DNA of 64,000 bases from Dermatophilaceae bacterium (GTDB lineage Bacteria > Actinomycetota > Actinomycetes > Actinomycetales > Dermatophilaceae): assembly GCA_035689185.1 (NCBI GenBank), contig DASSLY010000010.1, positions 13,036 through 77,035 on the forward strand. Reading direction: 5' to 3'. The notes under the pieces were generated by a model. It did not search any database. It was not told the DNA's origin and saw only the letters and a program-made list of their open reading frames with translations. The translations under genes were made by a program, and so were the position numbers. Positions 1 to 9,040 of the stretch are shown piece after piece (the stretch's first letter is position 1; every line of letters begins with the position of its first letter).

Positions 1-292
1 CGCGCAGCAGCTTGGCGGGCGGGCAGTCGGACAGGTCGGGCTCGTGGCCCTCGCGAGTGTGGATGACCGGCATACCCGTCGCTCTCGCGGCCCGCAGAAC
101 CGCGGCGAGCGGCCGGACCGCCGCCTGGAGCAGGCTGACGTCGTTGCCGAGCGACTCACCGAAGCCGCCCGGGACGAGGAAGTCCCGCTGCATGTCGATG
201 ACGACCAGCGCGGCTTCACCGGTGCGCAGCGGGAACGCTGCGGGTTCGGCTGGTACGGCGAGTACTTCGCCCAAGGAAGGCATCGAGGTCAT
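1..292 (-). CDS. isochorismatase-family cysteine hydrolase, N-terminal part (3' end outside window); biuret-hydrolase / N-carbamoylsarcosine-amidase-like
   Basis: Not in the ORF track because it runs off the window. Manual minus-strand translation from ATG at 292: MTSMPSLGEVLAVPAEPAAFPLRTGEAALVVIDMQRDFLVPGGFGESLGNDVSLLQAAVRPLAAVLRAARATGMPVIHTREGHEPDLSDCPPAKLL. 'VVIDMQRDF' and 'VIHTREGH' are typical isochorismatase-like hydrolase motifs. The ATG lies 1 nt after the TGA of the upstream amidase gene. Confidence 0.6.
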   Translation of the reverse strand, partial: MTSMPSLGEVLAVPAEPAAFPLRTGEAALVVIDMQRDFLVPGGFGESLGNDVSLLQAAVRPLAAVLRAARATGMPVIHTREGHEPDLSDCPPAKLLR

Positions 293-293
293 G

Positions 294-1778
294 TCAGCTC
301 CGGGTGGAAGGGACGGGATAGGTTGGGCCCCAGGCCTGCTCGGCCACGGGCGGTCCAACGGCCGCCGGAACCACCGCTCGGAGCGCAGAACCGGTGTCGT
401 CGACGGTCGGCGGCCTGCTGCTCGCCAGGACCCGACCCGCCACCTCCAGGACCAGGTCATCGCTCCCGGCCGGACCGAGCAGCATCACCCCAGCGGGGCG
501 CCCGTCGGACGTGGCGCCACAGGGGATGGCGGCCGCGCACAGGTCCAGCAGGTTGCCGGCGTGGGTGTAGTGCCCCAGTCTCGTGTTGCAGGCGATAGGT
601 TCGGCGAGCACCTCCTCGACGGTGAAGGTCGTCCCGATCGTCGGCAGCACGAGGACGTCCATCGTCGTCCAGAGGTGCGCGGCCCTGGCCTTCAGCGCTT
701 GCAGGCGGTACTGGGCGCGGAAGACATCGGCGGCGGTGTACTTCTGCGCGCTCTGCAGGATCGCGGTGATCACCGGCAGGGTCGATCCGGGATGGGACGC
801 GACGAAGTCGCCGAACTCGACGACGCGCTCGACGACCCAAGGCCCCTGGTAGAGCAAGGTTCCCGCTTCGAGGAACGGGCCCACGTCCACCGGGACGCAC
901 TCGAAGGCCTGTGCCATCACCGACCGGGCGACCAGGTGCGCGGCGCGCATCCGGTCGTCGCCGAAGAACTCCAGCGCCGCCGGGTCGGGCAGCCCGACGC
1001 GAACGGCGTCCGGGGTCCTGGCCGCCGGGCCGCGGGGCCGGCTCCACGGGTCCTGATCGTCCGGTCCGACAACGACGTCGAACACGGCGGCGACGTCGTC
1101 CACCGAGCCCGCCATCAGGCTCATACAGTCCAGCGACCGGCACGCGGGCACCAGGCCGACGGTGCTGACCAGACCTCGGGACGGCTTGAACCCGACGATG
1201 CCGTTCAGCGCGGCCGGCACCCGGCCGGAGCCGGCTGTGTCGGTGGCAAGGGCGAAGGGGACTTCGCCGCTGGCCACCGCGAGCGCGGAGCCCGAGCTGG
1301 ACCCGCCAGAGATCAGCGAGCGGCCGTAGACGCTGCGCGGGACGGTGTATGGGGTGCGAGTGCCGTTGAGCCCGGTGGCGAACTGGTCGAGGTTGGTCTT
1401 GCCGACCAGGATCGCGCCCGCGTCCAGCAGCCGCTGCACCGCGGGAGCCGTGCGATTCGGGACGGACGCGTAGTCGGGACAGGCCAGGGTGGTCGGGACG
1501 CCGGCCACGTGGATGCTGTCCTTCACCCCGAACGGAATGCCGTACAACGGCATTGCGGCCGGGTCGGTGTCGGCGAGCTCGGCAGCGCGGCGGCGCAGGG
1601 TGGTCGGTTCGAGCAGGGTGATCCACGTCCCGTCGTCGCCCCGGCTGCGGATCACGTCCAGGGTCCGCTCGATGACCTCGGCCGGGGTCGCGCGGCCGAT
1701 CAGGTAGTCCGAGCGGAGCTGGGCGATGCCCGGCTGCCGGACTGGGCCAGGTTCGTCCCGGTCGTCCATGTCGGCCAA
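294..1778 (-). CDS. amidase-signature enzyme, allophanate hydrolase-like (short form without the C-terminal AH-specific domain)
   Basis: 494-aa ORF with LYGIPFGVKDSI, GKTNLDQFATGL, GGSSSGSALAVA and ATDTAGSGRVPAA (amidase signature family; allophanate-hydrolase-like by eye). Overlapping + strand ORFs (12..1955 etc.) are Arg/Pro-rich shadows. Confidence 0.85.
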   Translation of the reverse strand: MADMDDRDEPGPVRQPGIAQLRSDYLIGRATPAEVIERTLDVIRSRGDDGTWITLLEPTTLRRRAAELADTDPAAMPLYGIPFGVKDSIHVAGVPTTLACPDYASVPNRTAPAVQRLLDAGAILVGKTNLDQFATGLNGTRTPYTVPRSVYGRSLISGGSSSGSALAVASGEVPFALATDTAGSGRVPAALNGIVGFKPSRGLVSTVGLVPACRSLDCMSLMAGSVDDVAAVFDVVVGPDDQDPWSRPRGPAARTPDAVRVGLPDPAALEFFGDDRMRAAHLVARSVMAQAFECVPVDVGPFLEAGTLLYQGPWVVERVVEFGDFVASHPGSTLPVITAILQSAQKYTAADVFRAQYRLQALKARAAHLWTTMDVLVLPTIGTTFTVEEVLAEPIACNTRLGHYTHAGNLLDLCAAAIPCGATSDGRPAGVMLLGPAGSDDLVLEVAGRVLASSRPPTVDDTGSALRAVVPAAVGPPVAEQAWGPTYPVPSTRS

Positions 1779-1961
1779 GGCTCCTCGCGATGTGTTTCAA
1801 CCCCACGACGAACTGGTAAAAAGTGGAAGCGTCCCCGGGAGGCGGACCACCCCGCGCGCCGGCAGCGGCCCATTCGGCGGGGCGGCAGCGTCCCGCCCCG
1901 GCTGGCCGGCAACGAGGGGCACCGCGCCCAGGTCCGTGGAAGCATGACCGGGTGAGCTGCC

Positions 1962-3473
1962 GTGGCTGACTGGCTGGACCGGCTGGACAGCCGCGTCGGC
2001 GACGGGCTGGAGGCCATGGTCTGCGCGCACCACCGGCGCCGGCTGGCTCGTCATGGCTGGTCAGCCATCCTGCCCCGAGGCGAACCGGGCCAGCGGGGCT
2101 GGGCTACGGACGGTCCCGGCGGCCCGGGCCTCGCGGGGCGGTGGTGGTCGCCGCTCGCCCCCGTCCGACCGGGCAACGACATACGCGTCCTGGTCGACGG
2201 TGCCCAGGTGTTGCCGGAGATCGAGCAGGCGATCCTCGGTGCCAAGCGCTTCGTGCACATCGCCGGCTGGCATGCCACGCCGGGGTTCCGGCTCACCCGA
2301 GCGCCCGGCGCCAGCTCGCTGCGCGACCTGCTCGCCGACGCGGCCCGCCGCGTGCCGGTGCGGCTGCTGCTGTGGGCCGGGCCGCCGTTGCCCGCGTTCG
2401 AGCCGACGCGGGGTGACGTCCGCCGGGTCGCCGCGCAGTTCTGCCGGGACAGCGACGTGCACTGCGCTCTGGACCGCCGCGAGCGACCCATGCACTGCCA
2501 CCACGAGAAGCTGGTCCTGGTCGACGACCAGGTCGCGTTCGTGGGCGGGATCGACCTCACCGACCTGCAAGGGGACCGTTACGACCACCCCGGCCATCAG
2601 CCGCACGGCGTACTGGGCTGGCACGACAGCGCCGCCGTCGTGCGGGGCCCGGTCGTCGGCGACGTGGCCCAGCACTTCCGCCTGCGATGGGCCGAGGTCA
2701 CCGGTGAGCGGGTTCCCGACGCCGTGGCACCCGACCCGGTGGGCGACACCGAGGTGCAGCTGTTGCGCACGGTTCCGGAGCGCGTCTATCGGTTCCGACC
2801 ACACGGCGAGTTCACCATCCTCGACGGCTACGTCCGGGCCCTGCGCCAGGCGCAGCGGCTGATCTACCTGGAAAACCAGTTCCTCTGGGCACCAGAGGTG
2901 GTCGACATCCTGATCGACAAGCTGCGCCGGCCGCCGACACCGGACCTGCGGGTGCTGCTCGTCCTGCCGGCGCGACCGAACAACGGAGCGGACACCACCC
3001 GCGGGCAGCTTGGCCGGCTGGTGCAGGCCGACGACGGCGCGCGGCGGCTGCTGGCGGTCACCGTGGCTGGCGTCACCTCGGACGGCGCGGCGGGTCCGCA
3101 ACGATCCGGCCCCGTCTACGTCCACTCCAAGGTTGGCATCGTCGACGACCGCTGGCTCACCGTGGGCTCGGCAAACCTCAACGGCCACTCCCTGTTCAAC
3201 GACACGGAAGTCAACCTCGCCATCTGCGACACCCGCCTGGTCGCCGAGACCAGGCTCGCGTTGTGGGCCGAGCACACCGGGGCGCCGGTGAGCCGGTTGC
3301 GTGGCTCCTCGACCGCACTCATCGACGACCTGTGGCGGCCGCTGGCGGAGGAGCAGACCCGACGGGTGGCAGCCGGGCTGCCCCGCACCCACGGGCTCAG
3401 CCTGCTCCGCGGCGTCTCCCGCCGGACCGAACGGCTGCAGGGACCGCTGCGCGGGCTGCTCGTCGACGGGTAG
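1962..3473 (+). CDS. phospholipase D family protein (two HKD motifs)
   Basis: 503 aa. First HKD is 'HCHHEKLVLVDDQVAFVGGIDL'. Second HKD is 'HSKVGIVDDRWLTVGSANLNGHS'. Confidence 0.85.
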   Translation: MADWLDRLDSRVGDGLEAMVCAHHRRRLARHGWSAILPRGEPGQRGWATDGPGGPGLAGRWWSPLAPVRPGNDIRVLVDGAQVLPEIEQAILGAKRFVHIAGWHATPGFRLTRAPGASSLRDLLADAARRVPVRLLLWAGPPLPAFEPTRGDVRRVAAQFCRDSDVHCALDRRERPMHCHHEKLVLVDDQVAFVGGIDLTDLQGDRYDHPGHQPHGVLGWHDSAAVVRGPVVGDVAQHFRLRWAEVTGERVPDAVAPDPVGDTEVQLLRTVPERVYRFRPHGEFTILDGYVRALRQAQRLIYLENQFLWAPEVVDILIDKLRRPPTPDLRVLLVLPARPNNGADTTRGQLGRLVQADDGARRLLAVTVAGVTSDGAAGPQRSGPVYVHSKVGIVDDRWLTVGSANLNGHSLFNDTEVNLAICDTRLVAETRLALWAEHTGAPVSRLRGSSTALIDDLWRPLAEEQTRRVAAGLPRTHGLSLLRGVSRRTERLQGPLRGLLVDG

Positions 3474-3474
3474 G

Positions 3475-4245
3475 TCAGCCGGCGAGCAGCACCTCGGTGC
3501 CGGTCCGCCCCAGCTGCTCCGCGATCGCCGGCGGCGGCCCGGCGTCGGTGACCAGGGTCGTCACGGAGTCATGTGGGCACAGCAGGACCGGCGCGGACGC
3601 GGCGAACTTGGTGTGATCGGCCAGCAGGACGACCTGGTCGGCAATCCCGATGAGGGCCAACTTGGTCGGTCGCTCGTTGTCGGTGGCGACGTAGACGCCG
3701 CGTTCGTCGACGGCCGCGGCACCCAGGAACAGGACGCGGACCCGCAGCCCGGCCGCGGCGTCGACGGTCATCTGACCCGCGAAGGCCTGGCTCTCCACCA
3801 GCAGCTCGCCGCCCAGGCCCACGACGCGCCCGGCACCTCGGTTGAGCAGCAGCTGCATGACCGGGATGGAATGGGTGACGACGGTGCCGGCGAAGGTGTC
3901 GGGCAGGGCCTGGGCCAGCGCGTACGTCGTCGTCCCGGCGTCGATGGCGATGCTGTCCCTGGGCTGCACCAGGTCGCGGGCACGCTCGGCGATGGCCCGC
4001 TTGGCCGCGGCGTCCAGGTTGGCTCGGCCGGTGAAGGCGGCGTTGTGCAGTGGCCCGTGCAGGGCGCTGACCCCGCCGCGACGGACGCGCACCTCTCCCC
4101 GCTCCTCGAGCTTGCGCAGGTCGCGGCGGACGGTCATGTCCGAGACGCCGAGGTCCCGGGTGAGGTCGGCAACCGAGACGAAGCCGCTCTCCCGCAGCGC
4201 CTCGAGAATCATCCGGCGGCGCGCAGGAGCGCTGTCGTAGCGCAT
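3475..4245 (-). CDS. DeoR/GlpR family transcriptional regulator
   Basis: N-terminal wHTH 'RRRMILEALRESGFVSVADLTRDLGVSDMTVRRDLRKLEERG' plus a C-terminal sugar-phosphate-sensor-like domain. ATG at 4245 is preceded by GGGAGAG; the ORF track starts at GTG 4260, so the start is ambiguous. Divergent from the sugar operon. Confidence 0.85.
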   Translation of the reverse strand: MRYDSAPARRRMILEALRESGFVSVADLTRDLGVSDMTVRRDLRKLEERGEVRVRRGGVSALHGPLHNAAFTGRANLDAAAKRAIAERARDLVQPRDSIAIDAGTTTYALAQALPDTFAGTVVTHSIPVMQLLLNRGAGRVVGLGGELLVESQAFAGQMTVDAAAGLRVRVLFLGAAAVDERGVYVATDNERPTKLALIGIADQVVLLADHTKFAASAPVLLCPHDSVTTLVTDAGPPPAIAEQLGRTGTEVLLAG

Positions 4246-4333
4246 GGCCTGCTCTCCCACGCTGTCTGCACGCTCCCTCCGGACGGCGCACGTCGGCCGC
4301 GTGCGTTGGATGAAGCCTAGGTCACATCAAGTG

Positions 4334-4361
4334 TTGACTTCCCAACAAATATTGTTAACCT
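4334..4361 (+). promoter_or_regulatory. putative promoter (TTGACT - 16 nt - TAACCT) overlapping an imperfect palindrome AACAAATATTGTT (4344..4356), a candidate DeoR operator
   Basis: The only AT-rich island in the deoR/kinase divergent intergenic region. -35 at 4334..4339 and -10 at 4356..4361. GAGGAG RBS at 4387..4392 precedes ATG 4398. Confidence 0.3.
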
Positions 4362-4397
4362 ACCAACAGTTGCACCGGGACGAACCGAGGAGCTGGT

Positions 4398-5306
4398 ATG
4401 GGGCAGGGTCGGCAGGGTCGGCACCAGGTCGTGTTCGTGGGGGCGGCAACGGTCGACTCCATCGCCCTGGTGGCGCGGTTCCCGCACCCGGACCAGCGGG
4501 TGGTGGCCGAGGAGCTCACCTCCGCCGGCGGCGGCCCCGCCGCCACGGCCGCGGTGGCCGCAGCCCGGCTCGGTGTCGACTGCGCCTTCATCGGCGCCGT
4601 CGGTGACGATCCCGACGGCCGGCGGATCGTCGCCGACCTGCAGGACGAGGGCGTCGACTGCTCGCTGGTGCGCGTCGCGGCGGGCCAGCGCTCCGGTGCC
4701 AGCGTCATCGTCGTGGACCGCGGGCGCGGCACCCGCGCCATCTGCGCGCGCCCTGGGCCGGACATCGAGGTGGCCCACGCTGCCCATGTCCTGCGCAGCG
4801 CCGACTGGGTGCACACCGACCACGCGGGCTGGGCATCCGTCACCGCCGTGCTGTCGCCAGAAGCCGGCGGCCCGCGGCTGTCGGTCGACGCAGGAAACCC
4901 GATTCCGGGTTTCAGCCCTCGTGGGGTGGACCTGTACGCGCCCACGGTGGCGGCGCTCCGCGCGAGCTACGGCGAGCTGGCGACCGAGGCGCTGCTCGAC
5001 GCCGCGCTGGCCGACGGGGCCGCCCGGGTCGTCGCCACCGACGGCGGCCGCGGCTGCTTCGGTGCGGACGCCGACGGGCAGCGAGCACACGCGCCCGGCG
5101 TCCCGGTGGAGGTGGTCAGCACGCTGGGTGCCGGTGACGTCTTCCACGGGGCGCTGGTCGCCGCCCACGTCCGCGGGCTGCGCCTCGGCCACGCCCTGCG
5201 TTACGCCAACGCCACCGCCGCCTTGTCCTGCCGGGGACTGGACGGGCGGTCCGCGATCCCCACCCACGACACCGTCGACGCGAGCCTGCGGGCCCGCACC
5301 GCCTAA
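4398..5306 (+). CDS. PfkB-family carbohydrate kinase (ribokinase-like; candidate ketose/sulfofructose kinase)
   Basis: 302 aa. N-terminal 'VVFVGAATVDSIA', 'GGGPAATAAVAAARLG', and C-terminal 'STLGAGDVFHGALVAA' (PfkB signature 2). Confidence 0.8.
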   Translation: MGQGRQGRHQVVFVGAATVDSIALVARFPHPDQRVVAEELTSAGGGPAATAAVAAARLGVDCAFIGAVGDDPDGRRIVADLQDEGVDCSLVRVAAGQRSGASVIVVDRGRGTRAICARPGPDIEVAHAAHVLRSADWVHTDHAGWASVTAVLSPEAGGPRLSVDAGNPIPGFSPRGVDLYAPTVAALRASYGELATEALLDAALADGAARVVATDGGRGCFGADADGQRAHAPGVPVEVVSTLGAGDVFHGALVAAHVRGLRLGHALRYANATAALSCRGLDGRSAIPTHDTVDASLRARTA

Positions 5307-5342
5307 GACCAGGCCGACACCGGATCGACCAGAGGAGACACC

Positions 5343-6251
5343 GTGACCAGGAGCACCCAGGCCGCTGCGACCGCAGGGCTGCCGGCGATCGCCCGCGAGA
5401 GCGGCGGCTTCGCCATGCTGGCCGTCGACCAGCGCGAGGCCATGCGCGCGATGTTCGCCGAGCACCAGCAGGCGCCGGTGACCGACGAGCAGCTGACCCG
5501 GTTCAAGGTGAGCGCGACCCGCGTGCTCAGCCCGTACGCCTCCGCAGTGCTCGTCGACAAGCAGTTCGCCTTCGACGCGGTGGTCGAGCAGGGCGCGGTC
5601 GACCCGTCCTGCGGCCTGATCGCCGCCGCGGACCGCTTCATCGCCGGCAACGGCGAGCTGGTCACCGACGTGGAGATCGACCTGGCCGTGGACCCGGTGG
5701 CGGTCCGCGAGCAGGGGGCGGTGGCGATGAAGCTCCTGGTCATCCACCGGCCCGACGGAGACCCCGCGGCGCGCGTCGAGATGGTGCGCCGGTTCGTTCA
5801 GCGCTGCCGGGAAGCCGGGCTGGTCAGCATCATCGAACCGGTCGCCAAGGCCCCCCGGGACGGGCGTCACTGGGACTGGGACGCCTGCGTCATCGAGGCG
5901 GCCCGCGAGCTGGGCGGCCTCGGCGCCGACCTGTACAAGGCCGAGGTGCCGCTGAGGGGCCAGGGGCAGGAGCGGGAGATCCGGCGCCGCTGCGCCCAGA
6001 TCACCGACGCGGTCTCCTCCCCCTGGGTGGTGCTGTCCTCCGGTGTCCCCGCCGGCATCTTCCCGCGTGCCGTCGAGCTGGCCTGCGCCGAGGGCGCGTC
6101 GGGCTTCCTGGCCGGACGCGCGGTCTGGGCGTCGGTCATCGGCAGCGACGACATCGAGCGCGACCTGCGCCAGGTGTCGGTCCCCCGCCTGCAGCGGCTG
6201 GCCGAGCTGGTCGACGTGGCCGTGTCGGCCAGGGCGGGTGGGGCGTGGTGA
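5343..6251 (+). CDS. class I aldolase of the LacD/YihT (tagatose-bisphosphate / sulfofructose-phosphate aldolase) family
   Basis: 302 aa. 'FAMLAVDQREAMRAMF' and 'DLYKAEVPL' (Schiff-base Lys context) are typical of the LacD-type family. GTG start with AGAGGAG upstream. Confidence 0.7.
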   Translation: MTRSTQAAATAGLPAIARESGGFAMLAVDQREAMRAMFAEHQQAPVTDEQLTRFKVSATRVLSPYASAVLVDKQFAFDAVVEQGAVDPSCGLIAAADRFIAGNGELVTDVEIDLAVDPVAVREQGAVAMKLLVIHRPDGDPAARVEMVRRFVQRCREAGLVSIIEPVAKAPRDGRHWDWDACVIEAARELGGLGADLYKAEVPLRGQGQEREIRRRCAQITDAVSSPWVVLSSGVPAGIFPRAVELACAEGASGFLAGRAVWASVIGSDDIERDLRQVSVPRLQRLAELVDVAVSARAGGAW

Positions 6252-7669
6252 GCGCGATCCCCCGCCCGCGCGTGGTCGTGGTCGCCACAGCCCGGCCCAC
6301 CTTCGCGGTGGACGTGGCCGCCCAGCGGGCCGGCGAGGCCCGGGCGCTGCTGGCCGAGCTGGGCGCCGACGTCACCGGCCCGCCCGGGCTGGTGATGACG
6401 CCGGACGACCTGGAGGCGGCCGCGGCATACGAGCTGTCCGACGCCGACCTCGTGGTGAACGTGTGTGCGTCCTTCTCCGACGCCAGCCCCGCACTGCGGC
6501 TGTACGCCCGGCTGGACGCCCCCGTCCTGCTCTGGTCGTTCCGCGAGCCCGGGCCGGTGGGTGACCGGCTCTGGCTGAACAGCCTGTGCGGGGCCAACCT
6601 CTTCGGCCACGCGCTCGTGGTGCACGCGGGGCGTACCCCGCGGCTGGTCTACGGCGACCCCAGCGAGCCGGCGGTGCGCGAGACGCTGCGACGGGCCCTG
6701 GCCGGCGAGCTGCCGTCCGTGCCGCCCCTGCCGAAGACGGTGGGGATCAGGTCCACGGACCCGGCCGCGGTGCGGGCGCGGGTGGAGACGCTGCGCGGCC
6801 GCACCCTCGGCCTGGTCGGCGACGCGCCCCCCGGCTTCACACCGAGCCAGTACGACCCGGCGCTGGTGGACAAGCTGTTCGGCATCGGGATCGAGCACGT
6901 CGTGGTCGAGGACATGTTCGCGCGGATCGCCAGCGTGCCCGAGCGGGTCCGGGACGCCGAGTATGCCGACGCGCTGGCTGCCCAGCCGTCGCTGGCCGCC
7001 GTCGACCCAGGCCAGGCGAAGCTGGCCGCCGGGATCACCACCGCGATGCGCGAATGGACCGAGCAGGCAGACCTGTCCGGGCTGGCCATCCGCTGCTGGC
7101 CCGAGTTCCCGACCACCCTTGGCGCCTGCCCGTGCTCGTCGCTGTCCCGGCTCGCCGATGCCGGCACGCCGACAGCCTGCGAGCGCGACGTCTACGGCGC
7201 CGTCACCATGATGCTGCTGGAGGCCCTCGGGTCCGGCACCACGTACCTGGTCGACACGGTCGACCTGGACGCGGACGCCAACGTGGTCCGCGTCTGGCAC
7301 TGCGGCGCAGCGGCGACCTCGCTGGCCGCGGACCCGGCTCAGGCGACGCAGTCGGTGCACTGCAACCGCAAGATCGGTGTCGCCGGGAACTTCCCGCTGC
7401 GCACCGGGCCGGTCGTGCTGGCCCGCCTCACCGAGAACCCCGCCGACGGCGGCCTTCGCCTGCTCATCGCCGCCGGCGAGTCGCTGCCCGAGCCGAACCG
7501 CTTCCAGGGCAACACCGCCGCAGTCCGGCTGGAGACCCCGGCCGCGGAACTCGTGCAAACCCTTGTCAGCGGTGGCTTCCCGCACCACACGGTCCTGTCC
7601 TGGACCGACGTGCGCCCCGCCCTGCGCACCGCCGCCGACCAGCTCGGCATACCCGTCATCGAGTGGTGA
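6245..7669 (+). CDS. L-fucose/L-arabinose isomerase family protein (candidate aldose-ketose isomerase of the locus)
   Basis: 474 aa. 'LNSLCGANLFGHAL', 'IRCWPEFPTTLGACPCSSLSRLADAGTPTACERDVYGAV', 'VWHCGAAA' and 'GGFPHHTVL' resemble the short actinobacterial fucose-isomerase-like family. The start overlaps the aldolase stop (GTGGTGA). Confidence 0.65.
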   Translation: MVSAIPRPRVVVVATARPTFAVDVAAQRAGEARALLAELGADVTGPPGLVMTPDDLEAAAAYELSDADLVVNVCASFSDASPALRLYARLDAPVLLWSFREPGPVGDRLWLNSLCGANLFGHALVVHAGRTPRLVYGDPSEPAVRETLRRALAGELPSVPPLPKTVGIRSTDPAAVRARVETLRGRTLGLVGDAPPGFTPSQYDPALVDKLFGIGIEHVVVEDMFARIASVPERVRDAEYADALAAQPSLAAVDPGQAKLAAGITTAMREWTEQADLSGLAIRCWPEFPTTLGACPCSSLSRLADAGTPTACERDVYGAVTMMLLEALGSGTTYLVDTVDLDADANVVRVWHCGAAATSLAADPAQATQSVHCNRKIGVAGNFPLRTGPVVLARLTENPADGGLRLLIAAGESLPEPNRFQGNTAAVRLETPAAELVQTLVSGGFPHHTVLSWTDVRPALRTAADQLGIPVIEW

Positions 7670-7712
7670 CCGTGCCCGACCGCAGCCATCACCCGTCGCT
7701 AAGGAGCCAGCC

Positions 7713-9038
7713 ATGACCCACATCCCACGCCAGCTCAGCCGGCGCCACATCCTGCGCGGCGCGGCGCTGGCCGGCGCCGGCGTGCTCGCCACCGCCTGCG
7801 CCGGTCCGGGCACCGTCCGGGGCAACGGGCGCGGGCCCGCCGGCCAGGTGACCGCGCCAGCCCCGGTCGGCACCGCGCCCGTCCGGGGCGCGATCTCGTT
7901 CGCGCACTGGCGGGCCGAGGACAAGGCGGTGTTCGACACAATCATCAAGGCCTTCGCCGAGGCCAACCCCGGCGCCTCGGTGCGCCAGGACATCTCGCCG
8001 TCCAACGACTACCAGAGCACGGCGCTGCAGAAGCTCAAGGGCGGCTCCATCGGCGATGCCTTCACCGCCTTCCGCGGCGCCCAGTTCGTCGCGATGACCA
8101 AGGCCGGCCTGTTCGAGGACCTCTCGGCCCAGACCTTCGCGGACAACTACCTGCCGAAGATGGCCCGGGGCGGCAAGGACGCCGCCGGCCGTCAGCTGGG
8201 CTTGCCCTACCAGCTGGTGTTCAACATGCCGATCTACAACGTGGCGCTGTTCGAGCGGGTCGGGATCAGCGAGAGGCCGACGGACTGGGACGGCTTCCTG
8301 TCCCTGTGCGACAAGCTCAAGTCCGCCGGGGTCGTCCCGCTGGCCTGGCCCGGAGGTGAGCCCGCGAACGCCGGGCAGCTGTTCAACTCCATGATCATGA
8401 ACAACCAGCCGAGCGACACCAGCTGCGCCGACATCGAGGCCGGCAAGGCCAAGCTCACCGACGACTGGTTCCTGGCCACGCTGAAGCAATACGCCCAGCT
8501 GCGCGAATTCGTCGAGCCGAACGCCACCGGGACCGCCTCCGAGCCGCTGCAGCAGCTGTTCGCTACCGGCAAGGCGGGAATGCTGGCCACCGGGTCGTTT
8601 CACCTGGCGGCCGTCCGCAAGCTGGGGGCGAGCTTCCCGATGGACCTGATCGCGCCGATCACCGTGGCGGCGGGCAAGGCGAAGTACGAGGGGATCCACA
8701 ACGCGACGTTCATCCTCGGCGTGAACTCCGCGTCCAGGAAGCAGGACACGGCGCTGAAATTCCTCGACTACCTCTCCCAGCCCGACGTCGCCTCGGCCTA
8801 CGCGAACGGCACGGGCCAGCACCTGACGGTGGAGGGTGTCAAGTACACCAACCGCGACCTCAAGGCGACGCAGCCGTGGCTGACCCGTAACACCATGCTC
8901 GCTCCGCGCTTCCAGTTCCTCGACTTGGATCTGCGTGCCGCGGTAGAGAACTCGGCCACCGAGGTGATGGGCGGCAAGGACCCCGCCGCCGCGGCCGAGA
9001 GCGCCCAGCGCATCGTCGACCAGCGCCGGAAGTCCTGA
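7713..9038 (+). CDS. ABC transporter sugar-binding lipoprotein (family 1 SBP)
   Basis: ATG 7713 follows AAGGAG. Signal peptide/lipobox 'RRHILRGAALAGAGVLATAC'. Body is typical of carbohydrate SBPs. Confidence 0.85.
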   Translation: MTHIPRQLSRRHILRGAALAGAGVLATACAGPGTVRGNGRGPAGQVTAPAPVGTAPVRGAISFAHWRAEDKAVFDTIIKAFAEANPGASVRQDISPSNDYQSTALQKLKGGSIGDAFTAFRGAQFVAMTKAGLFEDLSAQTFADNYLPKMARGGKDAAGRQLGLPYQLVFNMPIYNVALFERVGISERPTDWDGFLSLCDKLKSAGVVPLAWPGGEPANAGQLFNSMIMNNQPSDTSCADIEAGKAKLTDDWFLATLKQYAQLREFVEPNATGTASEPLQQLFATGKAGMLATGSFHLAAVRKLGASFPMDLIAPITVAAGKAKYEGIHNATFILGVNSASRKQDTALKFLDYLSQPDVASAYANGTGQHLTVEGVKYTNRDLKATQPWLTRNTMLAPRFQFLDLDLRAAVENSATEVMGGKDPAAAAESAQRIVDQRRKS

Positions 9039-9040
9039 CC

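Noticed and set aside
12-1955. 647-aa + strand ORF overlapping the amidase gene. The same applies to many similar long ORFs, e.g. 5867..8005 (-), 11301..13865 (-), 13968..15332 (-), 33634..35049 (-), 49585..50961 (+), 49994..52141 (+), 52210..54228 (-), 55931..58012 (-) and 59611..61602 (-).
   Set aside because: Their translations are dominated by Arg/Pro/Gly/Ala runs with no motifs. That is the typical signature of shadow frames opposite or offset to real genes in very GC-rich DNA. In every case another frame gives a protein with recognisable family motifs or a balanced composition.
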